Shown: piece after piece, positions 12,644-24,237 of the stretch
Layout of the letters: every line of letters begins with the position of its first letter
Numbering within the stretch: position 1 is the first letter of the stretch
Source: Octopus vulgaris
Taxonomy: Eukaryota
Direction: 5' to 3'
DNA: 64,000 bases
Assembly: GCA_951406725.2 (NCBI GenBank)
Contig: OX597819.1
Coordinates: 131,626,001 to 131,690,000, forward strand
The notes under the pieces: generated by a model
What the model saw: only the letters and a program-made list of their open reading frames with translations
What the model was told of the DNA's origin: nothing
Databases searched by the model: none
Position numbers and translations under genes: made by a program

Positions 12644-13257
12644 TGTAGGGACCTCGTTTGGCCCTGCCTGAGATTTGAAACTAAATCTACCTGCTTGTTG
12701 CTTGTCAAAATAAGCAGGAAATCCTCTCCGCACCAGATGATTGATGAAGAAACACTTGACCCCCCAAAAACCTGTGCTGGTCAAGGAAAGTTCAGTTCTT
12801 TGTTTAGGGTTTGACCTACATTACTGACCATAGTCAATATAACAGAGAGCATTTCCTATCTCTTCCGCTTTTGGGTCAGCCAGGCCTAGGAGCAGCACCC
12901 TTTTTTGTATCAGCCATGACCAAGAACAGCACTTCCCTTTGCCTTTCGCTCGACATATGAAAAGAAGCTTTCGGCCACAAGAACAACGATACCACCTTTA
13001 TCCTTTCTTCCATTCTAGTCAGCACTGTGCATTCCTTACTCTTTCACTCTCTGCTGACAGACAGCAACTTTTGCACACTACCAACTACTAACCAGCGAGC
13101 CAACGTTTTTGTCACTATTACTACAATTACTACTGTCTCTCTTTCTACCTGTCAGGCAAACGAATAAATATCTGTATATAATATTTCTTCCTTCTTAATG
13201 TTGATTCTTCGACGTTCTTCACTGGTTACTCTGACGTGAGAACCTTCAAGTGTTACA
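12644..13257 (+). mobile_element. Candidate solo LTR
   Basis: Starts TGTAGGG, ends TGTTACA, AATAAA at 13163, no ORF, composition distinct from flanks; no target duplication seen. Confidence 0.5.
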
Positions 13258-13423
13258 TCTACATGCTACATTCGGTAGAGGGCTACATCATATCGATTTG
13301 ATATGGCATGTCATTCCAGCCAATACCATTGGTCATACCATGCTCTATATCCGTTACATCGCACATCATTTCACTGCTTTGCACGACCTCGTGAAAGCAA
13401 TTATGGCCTTCACCAAATGCCCA
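13258..13423 (-). pseudogene. Candidate next exon of the same degraded gene, cut by a solo LTR
   Basis: Acceptor gtatgtag|TGG in phase 0, matching the phase-0 donor at 15909. WAFGEGHNCFHEVVQSSE/NDVRCNGYRAWYDQWYWLE*HAISNRYDVALYRM*HV with one frameshift and two stops. Confidence 0.45.
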
Positions 13424-13631
13424 CTACATACACACACACACACACACACATAAAATTTATATAATATTAATATACACCACACAATATATTAGTAATGTAT
13501 GAGCAACAGGTAAAAATGTACAAAAACTATCATTGTTTAAAACTACAAAGGAATATTTGCATCACACAATGGCTGCCATATTTGCAATTTTATTTGTAAA
13601 AATAATTTAATTTTCAACATTATCTTTTCTC

Positions 13632-14020
13632 TTATTCTTTTACTTGTTTCAGTCATTTGACTGCGGCCATGCTGGAGCACTGCCTTTAGTCGATCAAATC
13701 GACCCCAGGACTTATTTTTTGTAAGCCTAGTACTTATTGTATCGGTATCCTTTGCTGAACTGCTAAGTTATGAGAGACGTAAACACACCAGTATTGGTTG
13801 TCAAGCGATGTTGCGGGTACAAACACAGACACACAAGCATATACCTACACACATATATATGACTGGGTTCTTTCAGTTCTGTCTACCAAATCCACTCACA
13901 AGGCTTTGGTCGGCTCGAGGCTATAGTAGAAGACACTTGCCCAAGGTGTCATGCAGTGGGACTGAACCCAGAACCATGTGGTTGATAAGCAATCTACTTA
14001 CCATGCAGCCACTCCTGTGC

Positions 14021-14068
<48 letters not shown>

Positions 14069-14325
14069 ATATCTTCTTCTTATTGGTTTCAGTCATTTGG
14101 CTGTGGCTATGCTGGAGCACTGTCTTTAGTCGAACAAATCAGCCCCAGGACTTATTGTTTGTAAGCCTAGTACTTATTCTATCGATATCTTTTGCTGAAC
14201 TGCTAAGTTACAGGGGACGTAAACACACCAGCATCGGTTGTCAAGTGATGGTGGTGGGGGACAAACACACACTCAAACACATGGCTGGTTAGCAAGCTAC
14301 TTACCACACAGCCACTCCTGCGCCT
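13632..14325 (-). mobile_element. Two tandem tRNA-SINE family A copies separated by (TA)n
   Basis: Reverse-complement matches to 19776-20150. Confidence 0.85.
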
Positions 14326-15126
14326 ATACCTGTACATAATCTATTTTTAGTACTTTGGTCTATAAACCTTATTCTAACGATATCCATCAATGACTTTACT
14401 ACAGCTGAAGCAGATTTTGCTCTTTGTGTTGTTTCTTCTGAATGTTGACTGTTCATTGATTGGCTGGTTTTTTCAGCCATGACTGCCTTGTCTTGCTTTC
14501 TGGCATTTAAAACTTAGAAGTAGGTCATCCCAGTTTTCAGATGATATGATGAAATGTGAAAGAGGTTTGGTTGCTATTTCTAAAAGTTCAAGCAACAACA
14601 CTGTGACACCCAGATTCTCTTATTGACTTGATAAAAATCTTTTTCGTTTGTTCAACAATAACTGCTGCCTCAAACATCACAAAATCGAAACAAATCCTGT
14701 TTTCTCTTCTAATAAACATGGTGAATTCATTTTTGAAATCACTCCCAAACTCACAACTTCACTCTTACATTAAATATCTGATCTTCAGTCAACAGATCAA
14801 CTGACGAGAAAGTTATTCTCATCCATCATCATTAGCAGCAGCATAATTGTCATCATTAGCATTACCATCATCACCACCATCGTTATCATCACCACTTTAA
14901 TGTTCACTTTTCCATGCTTGCATGGGTCAAACAGAATTTGATGAGGCAAATTTCCTATAGCTAGATGCCCTTCCCGTTGCAAACCCTCACCTATTTCCAG
15001 GCATGACAACATTTTCCCATGGCCACACAAGTTTTTCGTGGAAGACAGGAAACAAACAACATTGTTTATATGATGGTTATGCTCATTTACAACCATCACG
15101 TGATGTCTAGACAAAGGTATCCATAA

Positions 15127-15162
<36 letters not shown>

Positions 15163-15164
<2 letters not shown>

Positions 15165-15286
15165 TTTATTTAAAAGCAGCAGAAATATTTCTGTTATATT
15201 TCTGCTGCTTTTAAATACAGCATATTACTCTACCTCTGGTATTTGAGTACTCTTTTCCCTTGTTTCACATTTATGTGCTTACTCCA

Positions 15287-15290
<4 letters not shown>
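15163..15290. mobile_element. Short inverted-repeat element (possible Penelope-like remnant) within (TA)n
   Basis: Perfect 22-bp arms 15167-15188 and 15196-15217; (TA)n on both sides. Confidence 0.45.
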
Positions 15291-15336
<46 letters not shown>

Positions 15337-15758
15337 AATTCTTTCAGTTTCCATCTACCAAATCGACTCACAAGGCTGTGGTTGGCCCAAGGCTATAGAA
15401 GAAGCTACTTCCCTAATATGCTGTATAGTGGGACTGAACTCAAGACCACATGGTTGGGAAGCGTGCTTCTTAACCACACACCAGTGACTGCACCCTTTTC
15501 ACTGACAAAAATTCCAGTGTCATTTCATGCAGGGACCTTTTGATAAGTTATAAAAATTTAAAAGTAAATAAAACTGAAAATAGTTTAGTAAATTCTTCCA
15601 AAATTATCTCTGTTTTTTGAGAAGTTGAAATATATTCTTTCGTCAGAATTGTGGTCAGTTGGTCAGTATGGGTTGTCTTCTATTTTTAAGTATAGCATAA
15701 CCATTTTGCTGACTTTATCTTTTTCTTGCCTTCCTTGCAAATGTGTATGCACACACAC

Positions 15759-15799
<41 letters not shown>

Positions 15800-15909
15800 G
15801 CATATTGTTATTGTTCTGTTGTGTTTCGTGACCTTGTGCTTTCACCGAATTCTTACCAGCTAAACAACTTCCTTGTTACCATTTTTTTGTCACTGACGTA
15901 TCACTTTAC

Positions 15910-16164
15910 CCCACATCCCACAGCATTATGCATCTGCATATGACATTCTTCCAATTCTTTACGGCATCTTCTGCCCCGTTCTTTGTCATGCCTGCTTTTA
16001 TTATAACACGCTTGCTGTTGAATAGTCTTGACTGCTTTCTGATTGCAGCTGTGCACTTCTGCAAGGTGATATTGCTGCACCAAAGTATACGCTGCATACA
16101 AGATGTTTTTAATGTTATTGCATTATGGAAGCAAACCAATATAAACAATACTAAAGCTATACAC
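15910..16164 (-). pseudogene. Candidate exon of an unrecognised degraded gene (hydrophobic N-terminal segment then Cys-containing region)
   Basis: Acceptor tttctgcatgtcag at 16166-16165 (alternative at 16093-16092), donor GGG|gtaaag at 15909. Reads CIALVLFILVCFHNAITLK then, after +1 nt in an A5 run, NILYAAYTLVQQYHLAEVHSC...RCRKELEECHMQMHNAVGCG. Confidence 0.5.
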
Positions 16165-16203
16165 CTGACATGCAGAAATGACATATAATAATTTATTTTA
16201 TTT

Positions 16204-16620
16204 CATCATCATCTTTTAACATCCGCTTTCCATGCTGGCATAGGTTGGACAGTTTGACTGAGGACTGGCAAGCCGATAGGCTGCACCAGGCACCAATCTG
16301 TTCTGGCAAGGTTTCTACAGCTGGATGCCCTTTCTAATGCCAACGACTCTGAGAGTGTAGTGGGTGCTTTTTATGTGCCACTGGTACGGGGGCCATTCAG
16401 GCTGCACTGGCTATGAATGCTTGAATTGTGCTTTTTAAGTGCCACTGGCATGGGAGCCAGTCAGGTGGCACCGGCATCAACTATGCTTGAATGGTGCCTT
16501 TTACACACCACCAGCATAGGTGCCAGTCAGGTGGCACAGGCATCAACCACAACAATGATTTCACTTGACTCAACAGGTCTTCTCAAACACAGCATATTGC
16601 CTGACAATTGAAGGGTACTT
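16204..16620 (-). mobile_element. RTE 3' UTR fragment
   Basis: Family sequence and tandem units. Confidence 0.8.
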
Positions 16621-17806
16621 TATTTCATTTTAGGATTTAAAAAAGGTTAAGTCATTTAGGCAAATCTATATATTTACTTTGAAGCTGAATGACCCAGTGG
16701 TTAAGGTTTCGCACACGATTGGCAGATCATGGGTTCATTTCTGGACTGGGCAACATGTGTTCTTGAGCCAAGCACTACATTTCACCTTCCTCCAGTGCTG
16801 TGTGAGGACCGGCCTGTAAAAGAATCCATCCAACATTTGTTTTGCGTATCATAAAAAAAAAAAATAAATAAAAGTGGCTGAGGTAGGATTTGCACTCTGG
16901 CCTCAAAAAAACTCTCACCAGCAATAACTACCCAAACAGACCCATGGTTTGGAGGGTTGTTGCCTGAGTAGTGCAAAGATGTCACCTACTAGGAGTAGTA
17001 AGGAATCACCAACAATTGGTAGATGCAACGATGCTCTGTTACAGTGCATGTCCCCACACTACTACTGCTGCTACTACATTGACCAATGCCACCAATGTCT
17101 TAAAAAAGAGCATCTACTCACTAGTCACATTGTAGTGGGGTGTTACCAGAAATGGTAGCAAGGTGAAAAGATACATATTAATTCTTTCACATTTGTAGCG
17201 TTTCATAATGAAAATTAATTGTAATGACATGTTCTTTTGTTCAATGAAGTGTAGCAGTGACTCTAGACATCATGGTGAGAGGAGACATGAATAGAGTCAG
17301 TCGAAAGAGAAATCAGTTCTCACCAAATCAAACCAGCAGACAATGTCTCCTCTCACCATCAAACCAAAATCAATAATCAATATATATATAGAAAAATTGA
17401 TCTCTCTTTGATAGGAATTTGAAAATGTTTTCTTTTTTCTTTGTTTAAACTCTAAGTATGAAATTTTGGGGTCTGTAAGGAAGCAAACAGTGACTTCATA
17501 TTTCTAGCAAGAATGTTATTTGTGGTGTATCATCATCATCATCATCATCATTATTATTTAACATCCATATTCTATGCTGGCATGGGTAGGATGGTTTGGT
17601 AGAATGGTTGCAAGGACTTCATTATGCTCCAGTATCTGCATGGTTTCTATGGTTTCTAAGGCTGAGTGCCCTTTCTAATGCCAACCACTTTACAGTGTGT
17701 ACCAGGTGCTTTTTATGTGGTACCAACACTAGTGAAGTTGCCATGCAGCTCATATCATGACCTGGGTGTGGGGTCACTTTATGTGAAACGAGGTATTACA
17801 GTATGA

Positions 17807-18131
17807 GAGCTCAAAATCTCTCGTGGAAGCGCCATCCAACCAAAATGCAAATATATGGGAAACTACCACCTGTATCATCTCTTGTGAAAGGTAGGAGAGT
17901 CCAGTTTGCTGGACATTGTTGTAGAGCTGAAAAAGAGGTAATTTCTACTCTTCTCCTCTGGAATCCATCTGCTCGCAATACCAGAGGGCGCACACTCTCC
18001 TACCCCGATGTAATCTCCAGGGATACAGGCATCCAGCAACAGGACCCCCGTAATGCTATGATGGACCGTGAAGTCAGGTGTAGCATGGTAAATTCCATTG
18101 TCTCAACCACAGTCGAACAATGATGATGATG
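17807..18131 (+). mobile_element. 3' end of a second RTE-like LINE family
   Basis: ORF remnant RRVQFAGHCCR...LLLW...AMMDRE, (TGA)n tail, perfect 12-bp target duplication attacagtatga (17795-17806 / 18132-18143). Confidence 0.85.
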
Positions 18132-18200
18132 ATTACAGTATGAATGAAAGAAAGAAAGGAGGGGTTGGCAAGCAGTTTCTTGCTAGAAGAGCATTTCAAA

Positions 18201-19075
18201 CAGAGGGTTTGGGCTAAATTTGAAAGTTTGCATAAAAGGAAAAGAAAACAATATTTCATTAAAAAATAAAAGTATTTTTAAAAAGTCAAAAAATATCAAC
18301 AAGATTATGGGTGAGAGATAAGTTTCCTCAAACTGGCCACCCTCAGCTTCCACCCAGGCCTCATGATGGCTCTGGAACTTGGTGCATGCATTCTTCTCCG
18401 TGTCCCTAGGAAGATCTTCAAACACCACCTTCAGCTTGACTACCAGCGTAGTCTTGGGGCTGCAGACAGAGCAGTTGTTGTCTTTCTCAACCATTCCCCA
18501 CACATAGTAATCCAGGGTATTACAATCAGGGAAATTAAGAGGCCAGAAATTGGGTGGGTGGGCTGGTGAAGTAATAGAAATTCTCTGAAAAACCACTTCT
18601 GACTCTTTCTGGAGGGATGGCAAGGTGTTAAATCCTGCTACCACACATATGGCTTTCCAAAGTTTGACCCCAATCTCCAGCAGTTTCACATAGCTATTCG
18701 AATTGAGCCAATGGTTCTTTTCAAAGATGTGAGGATGAATTCTGGAGTGTGGGCTCAGTCATATTGTCTGCTGTGTCCCTTCCTGATGACCGTGTTTTTG
18801 TAGTCTCCATTGAAGCTGTCCACGTCGTGTTTTTATAGTGTCCAGAGAATTGAGCAGCAGTCATGATGTTGGCATTTTGACACCCAGTACAAATCATCAT
18901 CATACAGGTTACTCTTTTCCAATATTCAGATTGCTTCCAGTCATTCAAGTTTTTCTCATCACAACTTCTATTGTTATGCTCTCCAATGCTGTGGACTGAT
19001 CACCAAGACACCAAGCTGTTCTTGAAAAAACAGGAGACATAAAACATCATCAGATTTAGCCCGGAACACACCATG
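18201..19075 (-). mobile_element. Degenerate Tc1/mariner DNA transposon
   Basis: FWPLNFPDCNTLDYYVWG is a decayed WPPNSPDLNPLDY motif; C-terminal AEGGQFE; imperfect TIRs sharing gggctaaat at both ends. Confidence 0.8.
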
Positions 19076-19327
19076 TATATGAATTGAAATGATTCCTTCT
19101 GCTGGATATTCTACCTCTCTTCCCAGGCTTTAAAATATTAAAGAACTAAGTTGCAGCTTGAAACCATGCTGTCACTTCTCACAAAATGCTACAAAGTAAT
19201 TGGATCAATTATTAGGTGTGAAGGAGTGGAAACAATTATAGATCTTCCTCCCATTATTACAGACCAAATTCTGATTTGATTCATAGTTGCCAGAAAGTCT
19301 TTTACACAAGTTTAGGATTCTTCACTA

Positions 19328-19670
19328 TCATCATCATCATCATTGTTTAACGTCTGCTTTCCATGCTAGCCTGGGTTGGATGATTTCACTGATGTCTGGC
19401 GAACCAGATGGCTGCACCAGACTCCAATCTGATCTGGCACTTTCTACAGCTGGATGCCCTTCCTAATGCCAACCACTCCGAGAGTATAGTGGGTGCTTTT
19501 ACATGCCACCGGCACAGGGGCCAGTCAGGCGGTACTGGCAACGGCCACGCTCAAGTGGTGTTTTTTTTTATGTGCCACCTGCACAGGAGCCAGTCCAGTG
19601 GCACTGGCAATGACCTTGCTCAAATGTTTTTTCACATGCCACCAGCACAAGTGCCAGTCAGGTGACACAG
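19328..19670 (-). mobile_element. RTE 3' UTR fragment
   Basis: Family sequence. Confidence 0.85.
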
Positions 19671-19775
19671 CGACTTAATTTAGGAAGCAAGTGGGGAACC
19701 CTTTTACTATACTTCTGTAGAAATACAATGTGTTTGTTTGAATTAATTTCAAAAATGATAAGGAAATATTTAGTA

Positions 19776-20150
19776 GGCGCAGGAGTGGCTGTGTGGTAAG
19801 TAGCTTGCTAACCAACCACACGGTTGCGGGTTCAGTCCCACTGCGTGGCATCTTGGGCAAGTGTCTTCTGCTATAGCCCCGGGCCGACCAATGCCTTGTG
19901 AGTGGATTTGGTAGACGGAAACTGAAAGAAGCCTGTCGTATATATGTATATATATGTATATGTGTGTGTGTTTGTGTGTCTGTGTTTGTCCCCCTAGCAT
20001 TGCTTGACAACCGATGCTGGTGTGTTTAGGTCCCCGTCACTTGGCGGTTCGGCAAAAAGAGACCGATAGAATAAGTACTAAAAGGTGGTGCTCCAGCATG
20101 GCCGCAGTCAAATGACTGAAACAAGTAAAAGAGTAAAAGAGAGAGAGAGT
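19776..20150 (+). mobile_element. Near full-length tRNA-derived SINE, family A
   Basis: A-box-like tggctgtgtggta, B-box-like gggttcagtccc, cttgggcaagtgtctt core, internal (TA)/(TG) tract, gtaaaaga-repeat tail. Resembles octopus tRNA-SINEs (from memory). Confidence 0.9.
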
Positions 20151-20469
20151 AAAATAACTTTCTCATTATTCAGCTGGGGTTTAGAACAAATGTTGGTTTG
20201 AAATTTTGATGGACAATTTTAATTTAAATGATTTTAAAACAGAAAGTTTTGTAGCAAAGAAATAGGCTGGCCTTTGGTGGATTACTATCAATGAATTAAC
20301 ATGGCTTTGTGGTTTCCTCTATGATAGAATGTATTCTTCTGGCTGAGTTTAAAGACCCTGTATTTTAATTCCGATGGGAGGTTATAATGCTCATGCTTTT
20401 CCCAAGAAGATTAAGGCTACAAGTGGAATGGATTCAGCACAAACTGAGTTGTGGTGCTTCAGAATGTAA

Positions 20470-21160
20470 TATTGCTTTCAAATATTGGCACGAGGCCAGC
20501 AATTTTGGGGAAAGGGGTAAGTTGATTACATCAACTCCAGTACACAACTGGTACATATTTCATCGACCCTGAAAGGAAGAAAGGCAAAGTTGACCTTGGC
20601 AGAATTTGAACTCAGAACGTAAAGACAGATGAAATGCCACTAAGCATTTTGCCTGGCATGCTAGCATTTCTATCAGCTTACCACCAATTGCCAATTGAAA
20701 TACTAATTTCAAATTTTGACCCAAGGCCAGCAATTTGGGGGGAGGACGAGGTAGGTTGAATACATTGATCCCAGTGTTCAAGTGCTAGTTATTTCATCAA
20801 CTCTGAAAGGATGAAAGGCAAAGTCGACCTTGGTGGAATTTGAACTCAGAACATAATGACAGACGAAATGCCACTGAGCATTTTGCCTGGTATGCTAACG
20901 ACATTGTGGAAGCATATAATAATAACAACAATAATAATATTGGTTTCAAATTTTGCCACAAGGCTAGCAGTTTTAAGGGAGGAGCAGTAAGTCAATTAAA
21001 TTGACCGCAATACACAACTGGTACTTATTTTATCAACCCCAAAAGGATGAAAGGCAAAGTGAAGATTGGTGGAATTTGAACTCAAGATGTAAGGGCAGAC
21101 AAAATCTCGTTCAGCATTTCATCTGGCATGCTAATGGTTCTGTCAGCTTGCTGCCTTGCC
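20470..21160 (-). mobile_element. Three tandem tRNA-SINE family B copies
   Basis: Repeated gatgaaaggcaaagtcgacc...gaatttgaactcagaac, reverse complement of 42527-42760. Confidence 0.8.
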
Positions 21161-21220
21161 TAAGAACATATTACTTTCTTACAAAACAGGGTTGTGTGAT
21201 GTCCATGCTTTTTTGTCTAA

Positions 21221-21632
21221 CCCTTTTATTACCAACCCAGTTGAAACCAGCTCTGGCTCTGAGTACAAATGTCTTATTTTCATATGTTTTGAATTAAAAT
21301 CTTCCACCAAACCTTAGTCACAATTTATGCTCCTAACACTAGTTTCATGATAACTAAGTTATTTTACTAAATTCTTTATCATCATCATCATCATTGTTTA
21401 ACGTCCGTTCTCCATGCTAGCATGGGTTGGATGGTTCGACCAGGGATCTGGGAAGTCAGAAGGCTGCACCAGGCTCCAGTCTTATCTGGCAATGTTTCTA
21501 CAGCTGGATGCCCTTCCTAACGCCAACCATTCCGTGAGTGTAGTGGGTGCTTTTTACGTGCCACCTGCACTTATATTTAAAGTAATTGAAAGAAACACAA
21601 AGCATCTCAAAATAAATACAGTAACGAAAGGG
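21221..21632. mobile_element. piggyBac-type MITE interrupted by an RTE 3' UTR copy (21378-21570)
   Basis: ccctttt...aaagggttaa ends; the two halves match 45963-46183 in reverse. Confidence 0.75.
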
Positions 21633-22526
21633 TTAAAATGCTTGTGACAATAAGATGGTAGTATGAAAATATAATATTTATGTTGTATGTGAATTAATTT
21701 TCAATGAGTTTTTTTACAAATAGATTGTTGTAAACACACAGAAAAAAAAAGAAAGAAAGTAGAGGTAAAAGTTGTGGAAATATAGTAACAACCAGCATTG
21801 AATTCAATTATATTTGATTTCTGAAAGCAGCAGCAGTTTGTATTTATTTTGCTCTAGCTGCACCCTAAACCAACAAGGTACTCAAGTCTTTATTGAAAGG
21901 TGTTACATATGAGAACAAAGGAAGCAGCTTCAGTTTAACTTCCTACACATGGATTTCACTAACTTCTTGTATCACACGTAAAAATGCTGCTGAAATGAAG
22001 GTTAGGGTGATACAAATTCTTCAAACAGAATCAATAACTGTCCTCTTTCTTCGGGTTGCATCCAGCAAGAGACTTTCCAAAACGAATTCCATTCAATTTC
22101 TCTTAGCAATACAATTTATTGCAAGCATAGTTAGATTTTTTTTTATTGAATATCGAATTTAGAATTCTTAACTTTTCTTTCTTTATTAATTTAATTCTTT
22201 CAATAACTAAACCAAAGCTCACAGTAACTATTTGTCTCGTTGCTAAGCTTTATACACTGAACTATCAAATGGCAACTTGGAAAAAAGTTTTTCTTTTATT
22301 CCTAATTATGATCTCCATCAATCTTATTGTTTAATGTCCGCCTCTGCCATGCTTGCATGGATTGGATGGAGCTTAATGAGAAAGTTTTTCTATGACCTGA
22401 TGCCTTTTCAGTTGCCAATCCTCACCTGGTTCCTCTTGGCCAAACATTGTAGAATATTGGGAATGAAGGATTGTTTGTGCAACAGTGGACAACCATTTAC
22501 AATACACAATGTCAAGACAAGGAGAG

Positions 22527-22573
<47 letters not shown>

Positions 22574-23530
22574 TACACATACACACACACTGGTCTTCTT
22601 TCAGATTCCAGCTACCAAATCCATTCACAAGGCTTTCATTGGCCCAGAGTTATGTTAGAAATGCATGCTATGCAGTGGGATTGAACCCAAAAACCATATG
22701 TTAGAGAAGCAAACTTCTCAAACCCACAGCTTTGACAATTCCTGTGTAATATAATGTAAAATTAATTTGTGATTGTATTTCTTTTAATGATTTTTCTTTT
22801 TTATATTTTTACTATTTTATTTACTTGCTGATCTCTTTTAATTAAAGACTATTGAAAACTATTTCAAACACAATCTACTTAATAATTAAGCATTAGTGCT
22901 TTAGCTTATTTTAGCCCAAGGCCATGCTGGAGCACTGTCAATAGTTAATGAAATAAATTAAATTTGAAAAGTTCAAATCTTCAGACATCTTTTATAGCTG
23001 AGAATTGTTGATGGGATGTCTTTATGAATTAACAGAAAAACAATATAAGCAGCAGTCTTGTGTCCATTCCTCTCCCCCAACCTCATCTCCCACACTCCTT
23101 TCGTAATCCTGCAAACTTACCCACTTACTCATCCTATTGAATCCTTGGTTCCACTTTATTTACACCTTTCTGGTCAATGGAGGAGGTGGCTTTTGCAATC
23201 AGTAAGGCACTGACATTCATCATCATTGTTTAATACCCACTTTCCATGCTGGCACGGGGTTGGCTTGACTGAAAACTGGTCAGCCAAGGAGCTGCACCAG
23301 GTTCCAATCTGATTTGGCTGGATGCTCTTCCTAACGCCAACCACTCTGAGAGTGTAGGGGGTGCTTTTTTTCTTTTTTTTTTTTAAGTCTTTTTCTCTGT
23401 TCACTTCCTGTGCATATTCTACAAACTGTTCAAAGCAGTTTTGGTTCCTTTCTCTGAGTTGTAGTGCGCACCTGAGCAACACTGAGCAGTTCATTATTAT
23501 TATTATTCTTCTTCTTCTTATTATTATTAT

Positions 23531-24237
23531 GGTCCGTTGCCAGCCTCGGCTGGCCCCCGTGCCGGTGACACGTAAAAGCACCATCCGCTCGTGGCCGTTT
23601 GCCAGCTCTGTCTGGCAACCGTGTCGGTGGCACGTAAAAGCACCATCTGTTCGCGTCCGTTGCCAGCCTCGGCTGGCCCCCGTGCCGGTGACACGTAAAA
23701 GCACCATCCGTTCGTGGCCGTTTGCCAGCTCTGTCTGGCCCCGTGTCGGTGGCACGTAAAAGCACCATCCGTCCGTTGCCAGCCTCGGCTGGCCCCCATG
23801 CCGGTGACATGTAAAAGCACCGTCCGCTCGTGGCCGTTTGCCAGCTCTGTCTGGCCCCCGTGCCGGTGACACGTAAAAGCACCGTCCGTTCGTGGCCGGT
23901 TGCCAGCTCTGTCTGGCCCCGTGTCGGTGGCACGTAAAAGCACCATCCGTTCGTGTCCGTTGCCAGCATCGCCTGGCCCCGTGCCGGTGACACGTAAAAG
24001 CACCATCCGTTCGTGGCCGTTCGCCAGCTCTGTCTGGCACCTGTGCAGGTGGCACGTAAAACACCCACTACACTCGCGGAGTGGTTGGCGTTAGGAAGGG
24101 CATCCAGCCGTAGAAACACTGCCAGATCTGACTGGGCCTGACGAAGCCTTCCAGCTTCACAGACCCCAGTTGACCCGTCCAACCCATGCTAGCATGGAAA
24201 ACGGACGCTAAACGATGATGATGATGATGATGATGAT
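23531..24237 (+). mobile_element. Young RTE 3' UTR copy with an expanded array of nine ~60-bp units
   Basis: Units recur with cacgtaaaagcaccatccg; CpGs intact; terminal family sequence and (GAT)n tail. Confidence 0.92.

Noticed and set aside
15906-16184. Stand-alone 92-aa signal-peptide ORF
   Set aside because: The ATG lies upstream of a splice acceptor and the 3' half reads better in the other frame; treated as part of the relic gene, though not excluded.
19776-19850. tRNA gene
   Set aside because: The tRNA-like head continues into SINE core and tail; many copies.
21893-22162. Possible exon in unique sequence
   Set aside because: No convincing splice pair or recognisable peptide on either strand.
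23531-24062. CRISPR-like array
   Set aside because: Intervening sequences are homologous, there are no cas genes, and the array is the 3' UTR of an RTE LINE in a eukaryote.
23174-24182. Long ORFs (296, 250, 159 aa)
   Set aside because: By-products of a GC-rich tandem repeat open in several frames.
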